Part shown: positions 1 to 7,714 of the stretch, piece by piece | How positions within the stretch are numbered: the first letter of the stretch is position 1 | Layout: every line of letters begins with the position of its first letter | Origin: a bacterium | Lineage (GTDB): Bacteria > Patescibacteriota > Microgenomatia > Curtissbacterales > GWA2-41-24 | Direction of reading: 5' to 3' | Length of the DNA stretch: 64,000 nucleotides | Assembly: GCA_021813125.1 (NCBI GenBank) | Contig: JAKALT010000002.1 | Span: 11,424-75,423, forward strand | Made by a program: the position numbers and the translations under genes | Notes under the pieces: generated by a model | The model's database searches: none | What the model saw: only the letters and a program-made list of their open reading frames with translations | What the model was told of the DNA's origin: nothing

Positions 1-2
1 AA

Positions 3-1424
3 AATACTTGCATTCAACCTTACCTTTCGAGCCTCTTCAGCTTTTATATGTCTACCTGTGACTGTAAATGCAGTTCTGTCTCCTTGAGAAACAAGGCTTG
101 GATAAGGACAGTCTTCGTTGCACCCTTCGCTCTCTTTGACATCCATGCAACCAGTAACAAAATGATAATTTTGCTCTCCGATATTAGAAATATCTTGTGG
201 AGCAATAACCATTGATAAAAACTGTAAAATCTGCATAGAAGCAGTTGATAAACTAAAAGCAAACACATTTTCATTTCGTTTGATGGGATGTTCATCAGGC
301 AAAGAACTAATATAAGTTGGGTCATCTAAATAACCTTCCCGTTCCACCGATACCAACCCAGGATCATATTGCTTGAGACATTCTAAACATTTTCTTGTCG
401 GTCCAACGATATGAGCTTTCCAATCCGCCCCCTTTAGAATTCCTTTAGGGCTAACACTTACAGTTATCCCTCCATCTATAATTGGGATTAAGTGAGCATA
501 GGCAATAAAATTTAACACACTTCTAGCCCAAGGTCGGTCAACACAACTGAATATTACATCGCAATCAAGAGCTTCCCTAAAACCATCTTCTTCAACAACG
601 CTATATTCTAGTGACTCAGCTGTAAAATCGGTTGATGTTGCGTTTTTCCGAATCGCACGTGCCACAACATTCACTTTAGACTTACCTACATCTTCTCTGG
701 TCGCATGTAATAATCTGTCTAAGTTAACAAGTTCAACGCTATCAAAGTCAATCAATTTGATGTTTGCTATCCCCATTCTAGCGATTGACTCGGCTACCAT
801 AGACCCAACGCTGCCAACACCGATAATCCCGACTTGTATTCTTGCCAGATCAGCTTGTTTATTCTCTCCCCAAGCAGAAATAGTGCGCTCTAACTCTCTT
901 CTAAACTCTGGTTTAGGTAAAAGCTGTTCATTAAAAGTAATATTCAGCGCGTCACCTATAATTCTTACGGTTTTACACCAAAATCTTTCATATGTTCGAG
1001 GTTTAATTTTTTCCCAAAATCTTGCACTCCATGCCCCATCAGTACCAAGAGTTAACCCAACTAAGGGAAACCGAGTGGCCCCCCTTGTAGGTGCAGCATG
1101 GTTTAATTCTGCAAAAAAATCATCTCTGCTCATGTCTTGCCAGCCGGGACTAGTATGGCTATGCATAAACGCTAAACAGGCATTCTTTGAAGATGCTATA
1201 GAAAGAGCCCTTTCGAAGTAGCCAGGCAGAAAACCTGCGTTCTTATGTAGCACATGTTCTCCCTTCTCAGGAAGGATAAGTTCTCTAATAAGTGCAGTTT
1301 CCCTATTACGTCCGATGCTTGGATACCATATAGCAAAACACAAATTTTCTTGTCCGTCTTTCCTCAGCAAGTGTTCTAAAGCCTGTTTGTGAATGTCAGA
1401 AGGAATCGCTACGCTATAATTCAT
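3..1424 (-). CDS. JAB/JAMM peptidase - E1/ThiF adenylation enzyme fusion (BubCD-like), 3' end truncated by window edge
   Basis: Not in the ORF track; translated by hand from ATG 1424 (ATGA overlap with the E2 stop), open to the edge for >=474 aa. JAMM motif E26...H88-S-H90-x8-S99-x2-D102, then ThiF motifs GVGSVG, IDFD, NLDR, GKSK, CVD, DGG, CLEC and C-terminal CNEDC. Confidence 0.92.
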   Translation of the reverse strand, partial: MNYSVAIPSDIHKQALEHLLRKDGQENLCFAIWYPSIGRNRETALIRELILPEKGEHVLHKNAGFLPGYFERALSIASSKNACLAFMHSHTSPGWQDMSRDDFFAELNHAAPTRGATRFPLVGLTLGTDGAWSARFWEKIKPRTYERFWCKTVRIIGDALNITFNEQLLPKPEFRRELERTISAWGENKQADLARIQVGIIGVGSVGSMVAESIARMGIANIKLIDFDSVELVNLDRLLHATREDVGKSKVNVVARAIRKNATSTDFTAESLEYSVVEEDGFREALDCDVIFSCVDRPWARSVLNFIAYAHLIPIIDGGITVSVSPKGILKGADWKAHIVGPTRKCLECLKQYDPGLVSVEREGYLDDPTYISSLPDEHPIKRNENVFAFSLSTASMQILQFLSMVIAPQDISNIGEQNYHFVTGCMDVKESEGCNEDCPYPSLVSQGDRTAFTVTGRHIKAEEARKVRLNASI

Positions 1425-1789
1425 TGAGTTGAAAAAAGATGACGGACATATCTCATATAATCCCTAACAGCTCTTTTAGTTTTAGCCCATTCCCCGGGAG
1501 GGAAGGGTCTGCTCCAGTATTCCCAGTCGGGTCCAAAATTAGGACTCTCTGCAACTCTTGCGGGATGACTTGTCTCATTTGGATTAATTGGTAGGATTCT
1601 AGGCGACACATGAAGACCGCCTGGAGGGTTTAAATTCCAGTCTTGCGGAACATCAAGACCTAGTTTTATCGATTGGTCTTTAAATTTTCCATCTAACACA
1701 ACATAATCAAACACAATTTTATTATCGTTTAACACCTCAGCTTGGTAGCCTAGTGTATTAAGCTCATCGATAAATTCCTGTGTTGGCAT
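1421..1789 (-). CDS. Prokaryotic E2/UBC-like protein (BubB-like), no cysteine, putative catalytic Ser
   Basis: VPQDWNLNPP matches the UBC 'PxxYPxxPP' motif; WEYWSR; lies between Ubl and E1 genes; zero Cys in 122 aa. Confidence 0.8.
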   Translation of the reverse strand: MPTQEFIDELNTLGYQAEVLNDNKIVFDYVVLDGKFKDQSIKLGLDVPQDWNLNPPGGLHVSPRILPINPNETSHPARVAESPNFGPDWEYWSRPFPPGEWAKTKRAVRDYMRYVRHLFSTQ

Positions 1790-1792
1790 ACT

Positions 1793-2044
1793 TTAAGAAA
1801 CCGGCGTCTCGCCGGTAAACACCGAAATAAATTTCATTTTTTCATGCATGTGAATTGACTCATCCATCTTATCTTTGTAAGACTCTCTGTGATTACCTTG
1901 CATTTGGACTAAATAATGATTTTCAGGATCAATTCCAGCTTTTTCTAGTATCTGTCGTGGAGTTAATGTCTTTTCAGTAGTGTATTGCTCTTCGTCGTCA
2001 ACCATATATTCTATTTCTTTATTTTTAGGTTCATCGTTTGACAT
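1793..2044 (-). CDS. Ubiquitin-like beta-grasp (multi-ubiquitin domain type) protein, 83 aa
   Basis: Pattern YMVDDEEQY...LTPRQILEKAG...YLV...IHMHEKMKFISV. AGGAGG SD lies 9 nt before ATG 2044. First gene of the Ubl-E2-E1 operon. Confidence 0.82.
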   Translation of the reverse strand: MSNDEPKNKEIEYMVDDEEQYTTEKTLTPRQILEKAGIDPENHYLVQMQGNHRESYKDKMDESIHMHEKMKFISVFTGETPVS

Positions 2045-2092
2045 ACTTTTCAACCTCCTCTCTGTTCAATTTTGCAGTTGCTTTCAGTGAAT

Positions 2093-2133
2093 TTGACATT
2101 AAGGTTAATATACCATAAACTGTAAGGTATCAA
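2093..2133. promoter_or_regulatory. Overlapping divergent promoters with palindromic operator ATACCATA-N5-TAAGGTAT (2110-2130)
   Basis: + strand TTGACA(2093)-17-TAAACT(2116); - strand TTGATA(2133)-17-TATTAA; 7/8 inverted repeat covers both. Confidence 0.55.
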
Positions 2134-2147
2134 CAATAGTTAAGTGT

Positions 2148-2750
2148 ATGCTTCCACCAAAGCAAAAAGCGGTTTACGATTTTATAAAAAAATTCCAAGT
2201 TGAACATGGGTTTGGGCCAACTCTAGATGAAATAGCGACCAAACTCAAAAAAACAGTTCCCACGATTCACCAACACGTGCAAGCACTGAGAGCTAAAGGC
2301 TTCCTAAAACAAGTTGGAGTTGTCGCCAGAAGTATATCAACATTTGATTCAAACGAGGAGGTGAGTGAGATTCCTCTTTTGGGCTATGTTTCAGCCGGTA
2401 GTGGTATTGAGAATATTGAAAATCCAGAAACCATAAAGGTTCAGAATTCTATGATTTCTCCCCAAGGGGCTCACTTCGCCCTGATCGTGAAAGGAACTTC
2501 AATGATAGAAGACGGGATATTTCCTGAAGATATAATCGTGGTAAAACGCCAAAACTTCGCTGATAATGGAGACGTCGTTGTGGCTTTGACAGGTTCTCAG
2601 GATAGAGCACTTGCCACTGTCAAGCGGTTTTACAACCAAGGCGATAAAATTGAACTAAGGCCCAAAAATCCAATACTGCCCTCAGTTTTTTACGATCCAG
2701 GCCAAATAGAAATTAGAGGAAAATTTGTTGGGTTAATTAGAAGAGCTTAA
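2148..2750 (+). CDS. LexA-like S24 repressor (island-encoded paralogue)
   Basis: N-terminal wHTH (GPTLDEIA), VSAG cleavage site, VKGTSM catalytic Ser, ATVKRF catalytic Lys. Confidence 0.92.
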   Translation: MLPPKQKAVYDFIKKFQVEHGFGPTLDEIATKLKKTVPTIHQHVQALRAKGFLKQVGVVARSISTFDSNEEVSEIPLLGYVSAGSGIENIENPETIKVQNSMISPQGAHFALIVKGTSMIEDGIFPEDIIVVKRQNFADNGDVVVALTGSQDRALATVKRFYNQGDKIELRPKNPILPSVFYDPGQIEIRGKFVGLIRRA

Positions 2751-2768
2751 CTTGTTATTATTATAACT

Positions 2769-3806
2769 ATGAAAAAGTATTCTGTCATTTCTTTGTTTAC
2801 TGGTTGCGGCGGCCTTGATTTGGGATTCGTTGGTGGCTTCACTTTTATGAACAAGCTTTATCCAAAAAGCAATTTTGAAATTATTTGGGCCAATGACATT
2901 GATAAACCCTCTTGTCAAACCTTTAGCAATTACTTCGACCATGACATTGTTTGCGGAGATATCACCCAAATTCTTGACGGTAACCCGAACTCATTTTTTG
3001 ATAAACCCTTGCCAGAACATGCCGACATAGTTATTGGTGGTTTTCCTTGCCAAGATTTTAGCCACGCTGGCAAAAGAAAAGGCTTTAACGCTAAAAGAGG
3101 TCTACTTTATCAGAGTATGTGTGAGGTTGTGAGACGCACAAAACCTATCTTGTTTGTCGCTGAAAATGTAAAGGGGCTGACGACCATGGATGATGGGAGA
3201 GCTTTAAAAACTATTATTAATGACTTTGAAAAGTTAGGATACAACGTTACCTACAAATTATTAACCGCCGCAGACTATGGAGTTCCTCAAATTAGAGAAA
3301 GAGTCATTATCGTTGGGACACGAAAAGAGAGTCTTCCCCTCTTTGAACACCCAAAGCCAATTCTAGATAAAAATGAGTGGGTTACACTTAAAGAGGCTAT
3401 TGGCGATTTAGAAAATGTTCCTGAAGGGGCGGTAGCTAACCATTATTGGTCTAAAGCTAAGATGTTTCCAGGAACGCAAGGGAACACTTTTGTTTCCCCT
3501 GATAAGCCTGGTCCAACGATGAGAACGGAGCATCATGGTAATATCGAATGGCATTGGAATAAAAAAAGAAGATTATCGGCCAGAGAAGCGGCAAGGATTC
3601 AATCTTTTCCTGACGATTTCGTTTTTTACCCTTCGACTTCATCAGCTTATAAACAAATTGGTAACGCCGTTCCACCGGTATTAGCCTGGCACGTCGCTAG
3701 AGCAATTGAAAAGTTTCTTAATAAAAACGTTGAAAAAAGTAAGGTTGAATCCAGCCCATCCCTTGATAGACTACTTGCCACTCAAACTGAAGCCAGAACT
3801 TTATGA
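2769..3806 (+). CDS. dcm: DNA (cytosine-5) methyltransferase
   Basis: Motifs FTGCGG (I), GGFPCQ (IV), ENV (VI), QIRER (VIII), YKQIGNAV (X). Confidence 0.96.
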   Translation: MKKYSVISLFTGCGGLDLGFVGGFTFMNKLYPKSNFEIIWANDIDKPSCQTFSNYFDHDIVCGDITQILDGNPNSFFDKPLPEHADIVIGGFPCQDFSHAGKRKGFNAKRGLLYQSMCEVVRRTKPILFVAENVKGLTTMDDGRALKTIINDFEKLGYNVTYKLLTAADYGVPQIRERVIIVGTRKESLPLFEHPKPILDKNEWVTLKEAIGDLENVPEGAVANHYWSKAKMFPGTQGNTFVSPDKPGPTMRTEHHGNIEWHWNKKRRLSAREAARIQSFPDDFVFYPSTSSAYKQIGNAVPPVLAWHVARAIEKFLNKNVEKSKVESSPSLDRLLATQTEARTL

Positions 3807-4867
3807 TTGTTATAGATGATCCCAACATACTTCAAGAGAGCTTCTTACGGCTCTTGGAAAATACTAAAACTCACACTCTTGACGAACTTGTCGCTTTAGG
3901 AGGAAAAGCTAAAAAACTTAATGGTGATGAATTTGAAAATATCGTTTATAACAGTAGTTTAACTGCCTCAAAGAAAACTGAGTTTGAGGGTCACGTGATT
4001 CACACAGGTCCTCACGCTTTTCCTGATATCATAGCGAAAAAATACTTCGGGATTGAAGTAAAAATGACGACTGGTGATAAGTGGGTTTCCACCGGGAACA
4101 GTATTTTGGAAAGCACGAGAGTCGATGAGGTTGAGAAGATCTACATGTTTTTTGGCAAATTCGGTGGAGGCATAGATATTCGCTACAGGAATTATCAGGA
4201 TTGCTTATACGATATCGGTGTTACTCACTCACCTCGATACAAGATTGACATGGATTTAGTTGAGGGAAATTCAATTTTCGACAAAATGGGAGTTTCCTAC
4301 GAGGAGCTTCGAAAAGAAAATAACCCCATAAATAAGATTAAGGACTACTATCGGAATCAATTGAAAGATGGCGAAGAGTTGTGGTGGATTGACGCTCAGG
4401 TAGAAGACAAAACGGTAAGCCCCATCATTAAACCCTTTCGGTTATTGAGTCGAGAAGATCAAAAAAATTTCATTACCGAGGCAATGATTCTTTTTCCTGA
4501 GATATTCGGAAAGAGCGTCACTAAGTACGAAAGACCAGCGGCTTACCTTATCACAAAATATAACTCCGTGTCCTCCAGTTTAAGAGATATATTCACGGCT
4601 GGTGGCCAGGTAGAGCTATCCGTCATGGGTAAAAAAGTGATAGTCCCAAGGATATTCGCCCACTTGCTAGAAGAAGCTAAGAATATCCAGCGTAAAATCG
4701 CAGAGTTAAATGTGAATGATTTAGCGTACTACTGGAGAACGCAACGAATAGATGAGCCTCGTGTTGATCAGTGGAAACAGTTAGTCAATCAAGAAACGGG
4801 TGGACAACTTGATGGTTTAACTGCCTCCAGTATTTACGAATGGGGACTAAAAGAAGACGAAAAATAA
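3803..4867 (+). CDS. Putative type II restriction endonuclease, PD-(D/E)xK
   Basis: FE...FPDII...GIEVK motif; ATGA-coupled to the MTase and followed by vsr. Confidence 0.78.
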   Translation: MIVIDDPNILQESFLRLLENTKTHTLDELVALGGKAKKLNGDEFENIVYNSSLTASKKTEFEGHVIHTGPHAFPDIIAKKYFGIEVKMTTGDKWVSTGNSILESTRVDEVEKIYMFFGKFGGGIDIRYRNYQDCLYDIGVTHSPRYKIDMDLVEGNSIFDKMGVSYEELRKENNPINKIKDYYRNQLKDGEELWWIDAQVEDKTVSPIIKPFRLLSREDQKNFITEAMILFPEIFGKSVTKYERPAAYLITKYNSVSSSLRDIFTAGGQVELSVMGKKVIVPRIFAHLLEEAKNIQRKIAELNVNDLAYYWRTQRIDEPRVDQWKQLVNQETGGQLDGLTASSIYEWGLKEDEK

Positions 4868-4902
4868 AAAATTACGCCGGACGTGACTACAAAAAAGAAA
4901 GG

Positions 4903-5307
4903 GTGCCGGATAAACAATCTCCATTGTCTCGATCGGCTCAAATGTCCAAGATTCGGTCTAAAGACACTAAGTTTGAGGAAGATTTTATAAACACCTTGAA
5001 AGGCATATACGACAAGAACTTTCTAACCCACGTCCGCTCGGTCAAAGGTAACCCAGATATAGTTTTTAGTGAAAAGAAATTGTGCTTGTTTTTAGATAGC
5101 GACTTTTGGCATGGTTGGCAATATCCTAGGTGGAAACACTTACTGAAAGATGATTTTTGGAGAAGTAAAATCGAAAATAATAGGCAGAGGGACGTTAAAG
5201 TAACGAGATTTTTGAGAAAGAGTGGTTGGAGAGTTATAAGAGTCTGGGAACACCAGTTAAAAGACAAAGATGCTGTTCTAGCGAAAATACGACAATCGCT
5301 CCAATAA
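4903..5307 (+). CDS. vsr: Very short patch repair endonuclease
   Basis: RSAQMSKIRSKDT, GNPDI, DSDFWHG, GWRVIRVWEH. Probable GTG start at 4903 (track starts 4840). Confidence 0.93.
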   Translation: MPDKQSPLSRSAQMSKIRSKDTKFEEDFINTLKGIYDKNFLTHVRSVKGNPDIVFSEKKLCLFLDSDFWHGWQYPRWKHLLKDDFWRSKIENNRQRDVKVTRFLRKSGWRVIRVWEHQLKDKDAVLAKIRQSLQ

Positions 5308-5338
5308 AAATTTGATCAATAAATTCTAAGGATTGGTC

Positions 5339-7036
5339 CTACTTTGATTTACTCTTTGAAGCTTGTTTATCATCTTCGGGAGGTATTTCGCCTATTTGTG
5401 CTACATGACCGCTTATGTTCAGCGTCAGAATTGTTTTGTTCTCGTTCTTTTTTACTCTTGGATATTTTTTGAGGAATTCTCGGTTCTCACTTAGCAGATA
5501 AATGGTTTCATAAACTGAGCCGTTTGTTCTCCTTAAATCTCTGCCATGTAATAATCCTTCTCTTCGTATTTTTTTAACGGAAGAGGGATGGATATTATGC
5601 CTTGAATTTAATTGCGAATGTGAAATCCACTCATCTTCGTTATCGAACAGGTGTTTCTTTAGTTGGGGTATAACTCCTTCCTTAATGTTGCGCCAACAAT
5701 CCGCGCAGCGGATACCCTCTAAGTTCCACCAGATTTCGTTGCCATAATGGCCTTCGTAGCAAATTCCACAGTTGTAATAGCCATCCGCATCAAGGAAAAA
5801 TCCATCCGGCTCTTTTTCCAGCCTTCTTTTTCTCACGGCATCAATTCCTTCCTGCTCACCTCGCATTTGCGCAAGCTTCACCCAACTGCTGGTACTGTAT
5901 TTCATTCGCTTTTCAGGGTCTAGCGCTATTGGTTGCTCTTTTTTCCCTTCGTAAAGCTTTAGCAAATCCTCTTCGCGTTCATATCCCTTTAGCCTTCCAG
6001 AAAGAACACCGAGTCGATAACTCACGTTATCCATAAGTCGCCAGTTAGTATTTCCTAACTCATTTTTAAGGAGCTTCTCAAGTGTACTTACACTTATGTT
6101 TTCTCTTCGTGAGGCTTCGGCATCCTGCAACGTAAACGGAACGAAAATAAATTGTCCTATTTCCGGAGCAGAAAAGGAAAGCTTCACATAGTTCGCCTTT
6201 CCCAATATATCCGTTAAGCGTTTTTCCAGCTCAACAATAGTTAACTTTTTAAGCCTGCTGACTTGCTGGTAAGCGCTGTTATCATATTTTTGCTTTGTTT
6301 CATCATGAACAAGTTTAGCGTATTCCATTGCCTCCAGTTCAAACAGGTACTTTTCTCCTTGCTCATCTGTTAAGCAAAAGGCGGTTCTGTACTTTTCCAA
6401 CAGCTCTTTATCTGCCTGTTCTTTTTGCTGATACTCTTTATGGTTCATTTCAAAGTCATCCACTTCAGTTTCGGTATAGCCACAGAACTTACATTTTCTC
6501 GTCCAGGTTATAATTTTTCCTTGCTTTGCTTTTGTATGCTTTACTTCAATTTCTCTGTTGCATTTAGGGCAAAGGTCGGGCTTCGATTGTCTTATTTGGC
6601 CGTTTTCGTAAACCCATTCTTGTTTTTTGCACTTGGTACAGCGAAAAAGAAATATGACCCGCATTGGCTGGTCGGTATAATCTTCAAGATGCTTAGTCTC
6701 GGTTGCTTGCATTATTGCTTTGCATGATGGGCAGTAGATACTTTGGGGTTCAACTGCACTGTCATACTTTTCCTGTTTAATTCTGTCTGCATCCATCCAT
6801 TTTTTAAGCGTTTCCTTCTTGCTTTTGTATTCCTGAGCCTGAGTTAACCATAATTGCCAATACATCAGTTTTGTCGTGTTACTGTATTTATCCTGCTTTG
6901 ATATTCCTTTAAACTCTTTACTGGTTAAGCCTTTCTGGTAAATGTCTTCGAACATTTCAACAATCTTGAGACACTCTTTTATCGTTAAAAGATCGTAACG
7001 GTCAATATAATTTTGCTCGTTTTGCAAATAATCCAT
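5339..7036 (-). CDS. Hypothetical 565-aa protein with six CxxC motifs and possible C-terminal HTH
   Basis: Long ORF; CPSC, CTKC, CPKC, CKFC, CGIC, CADC. Confidence 0.8.
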   Translation of the reverse strand: MDYLQNEQNYIDRYDLLTIKECLKIVEMFEDIYQKGLTSKEFKGISKQDKYSNTTKLMYWQLWLTQAQEYKSKKETLKKWMDADRIKQEKYDSAVEPQSIYCPSCKAIMQATETKHLEDYTDQPMRVIFLFRCTKCKKQEWVYENGQIRQSKPDLCPKCNREIEVKHTKAKQGKIITWTRKCKFCGYTETEVDDFEMNHKEYQQKEQADKELLEKYRTAFCLTDEQGEKYLFELEAMEYAKLVHDETKQKYDNSAYQQVSRLKKLTIVELEKRLTDILGKANYVKLSFSAPEIGQFIFVPFTLQDAEASRRENISVSTLEKLLKNELGNTNWRLMDNVSYRLGVLSGRLKGYEREEDLLKLYEGKKEQPIALDPEKRMKYSTSSWVKLAQMRGEQEGIDAVRKRRLEKEPDGFFLDADGYYNCGICYEGHYGNEIWWNLEGIRCADCWRNIKEGVIPQLKKHLFDNEDEWISHSQLNSRHNIHPSSVKKIRREGLLHGRDLRRTNGSVYETIYLLSENREFLKKYPRVKKNENKTILTLNISGHVAQIGEIPPEDDKQASKSKSK

Positions 7037-7130
7037 TAATCTCTGGTTAAATAAAATTTTAATAAATTACTTTACAGACATGATTATAATATAAAACTAT
7101 CTCTAAAGGTTGTATAATAAGACTTAAAAT

Positions 7131-7337
7131 ATGGTATCTAAAAACAGACTAGGTGAAAATCTAAAAAAAGCCAGACAGAAGGCAGGGCTATCACAAGTAC
7201 AGTTGGCCAAAAAAGCAAAAATACACGCAAATTATTACGCGCGGGTCGAACGTGGCGAAGTTAACCCTTCGGTTGAAATAGTGGAAAATATAGCCAAAGC
7301 TCTGAATGTAAAATCATCAGAGATATTACCCTTTTAA
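7131..7337 (+). CDS. XRE/Cro-CI family HTH regulator
   Basis: LKKARQKAGLSQVQLAKK...YYARVERGEVNPS. Confidence 0.9.
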   Translation: MVSKNRLGENLKKARQKAGLSQVQLAKKAKIHANYYARVERGEVNPSVEIVENIAKALNVKSSEILPF

Positions 7338-7399
7338 TCTGAAAATTCAAAAAGAGCGTAATTGGATTGTCAGAACAGGTTATTTGTATCTTCCTGCGC

Positions 7400-7428
7400 T
7401 TGATAGGCTTCCATTAATTTGCTAAAAT
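7400..7428 (+). promoter_or_regulatory. sigma70 promoter upstream of tRNA-Arg
   Basis: TTGATA-17-TAAAAT with TGn extended -10. Confidence 0.6.
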
Positions 7429-7483
7429 GAGCCAAGATCGGGAGTACAATTAGTTCAAAATAATTTGCGTCTCCCGCTCATTA

Positions 7484-7556
7484 GCCCGCGTAGCTCAACG
7501 GATAGAGCACTCGCGTTCTAAGCGATTGGTTGGGGGTTCGAATCCCTCCGCGGGCG
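7484..7556 (+). tRNA. tRNA-Arg(TCT)
   Basis: Acceptor GCCCGCG/CGCGGGC, D arm GCTC/GAGC, anticodon TCT, T loop TTCGAAT; CCA not encoded. Confidence 0.9.
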
Positions 7557-7633
7557 CTTACTTTTTCTTGTAAACTTCTTTTACTAAAAACAGTGAATGA
7601 GTAAAATGATTTTTGGTATAATTTGGTATGTTT

Positions 7634-7708
7634 GGTGGCTGTAGCTCAGTTGGTTAGAGCGCTGGCTTGTGGAGCCGGATGTCGGGGGTTCGAGTCCCCT
7701 CAGCCACC
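7634..7708 (+). tRNA. tRNA-His(GTG)
   Basis: Cloverleaf with G-1:C73, anticodon GTG, T loop TTCGAGT. Confidence 0.95.
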
Positions 7709-7714
7709 CATAAT

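Noticed and set aside
757-1221. 154-aa + strand ORF (and the 44..325 minus ORF)
   Set aside because: Antisense or alternate-frame shadows of the JAB-E1 gene, which has clear motifs.
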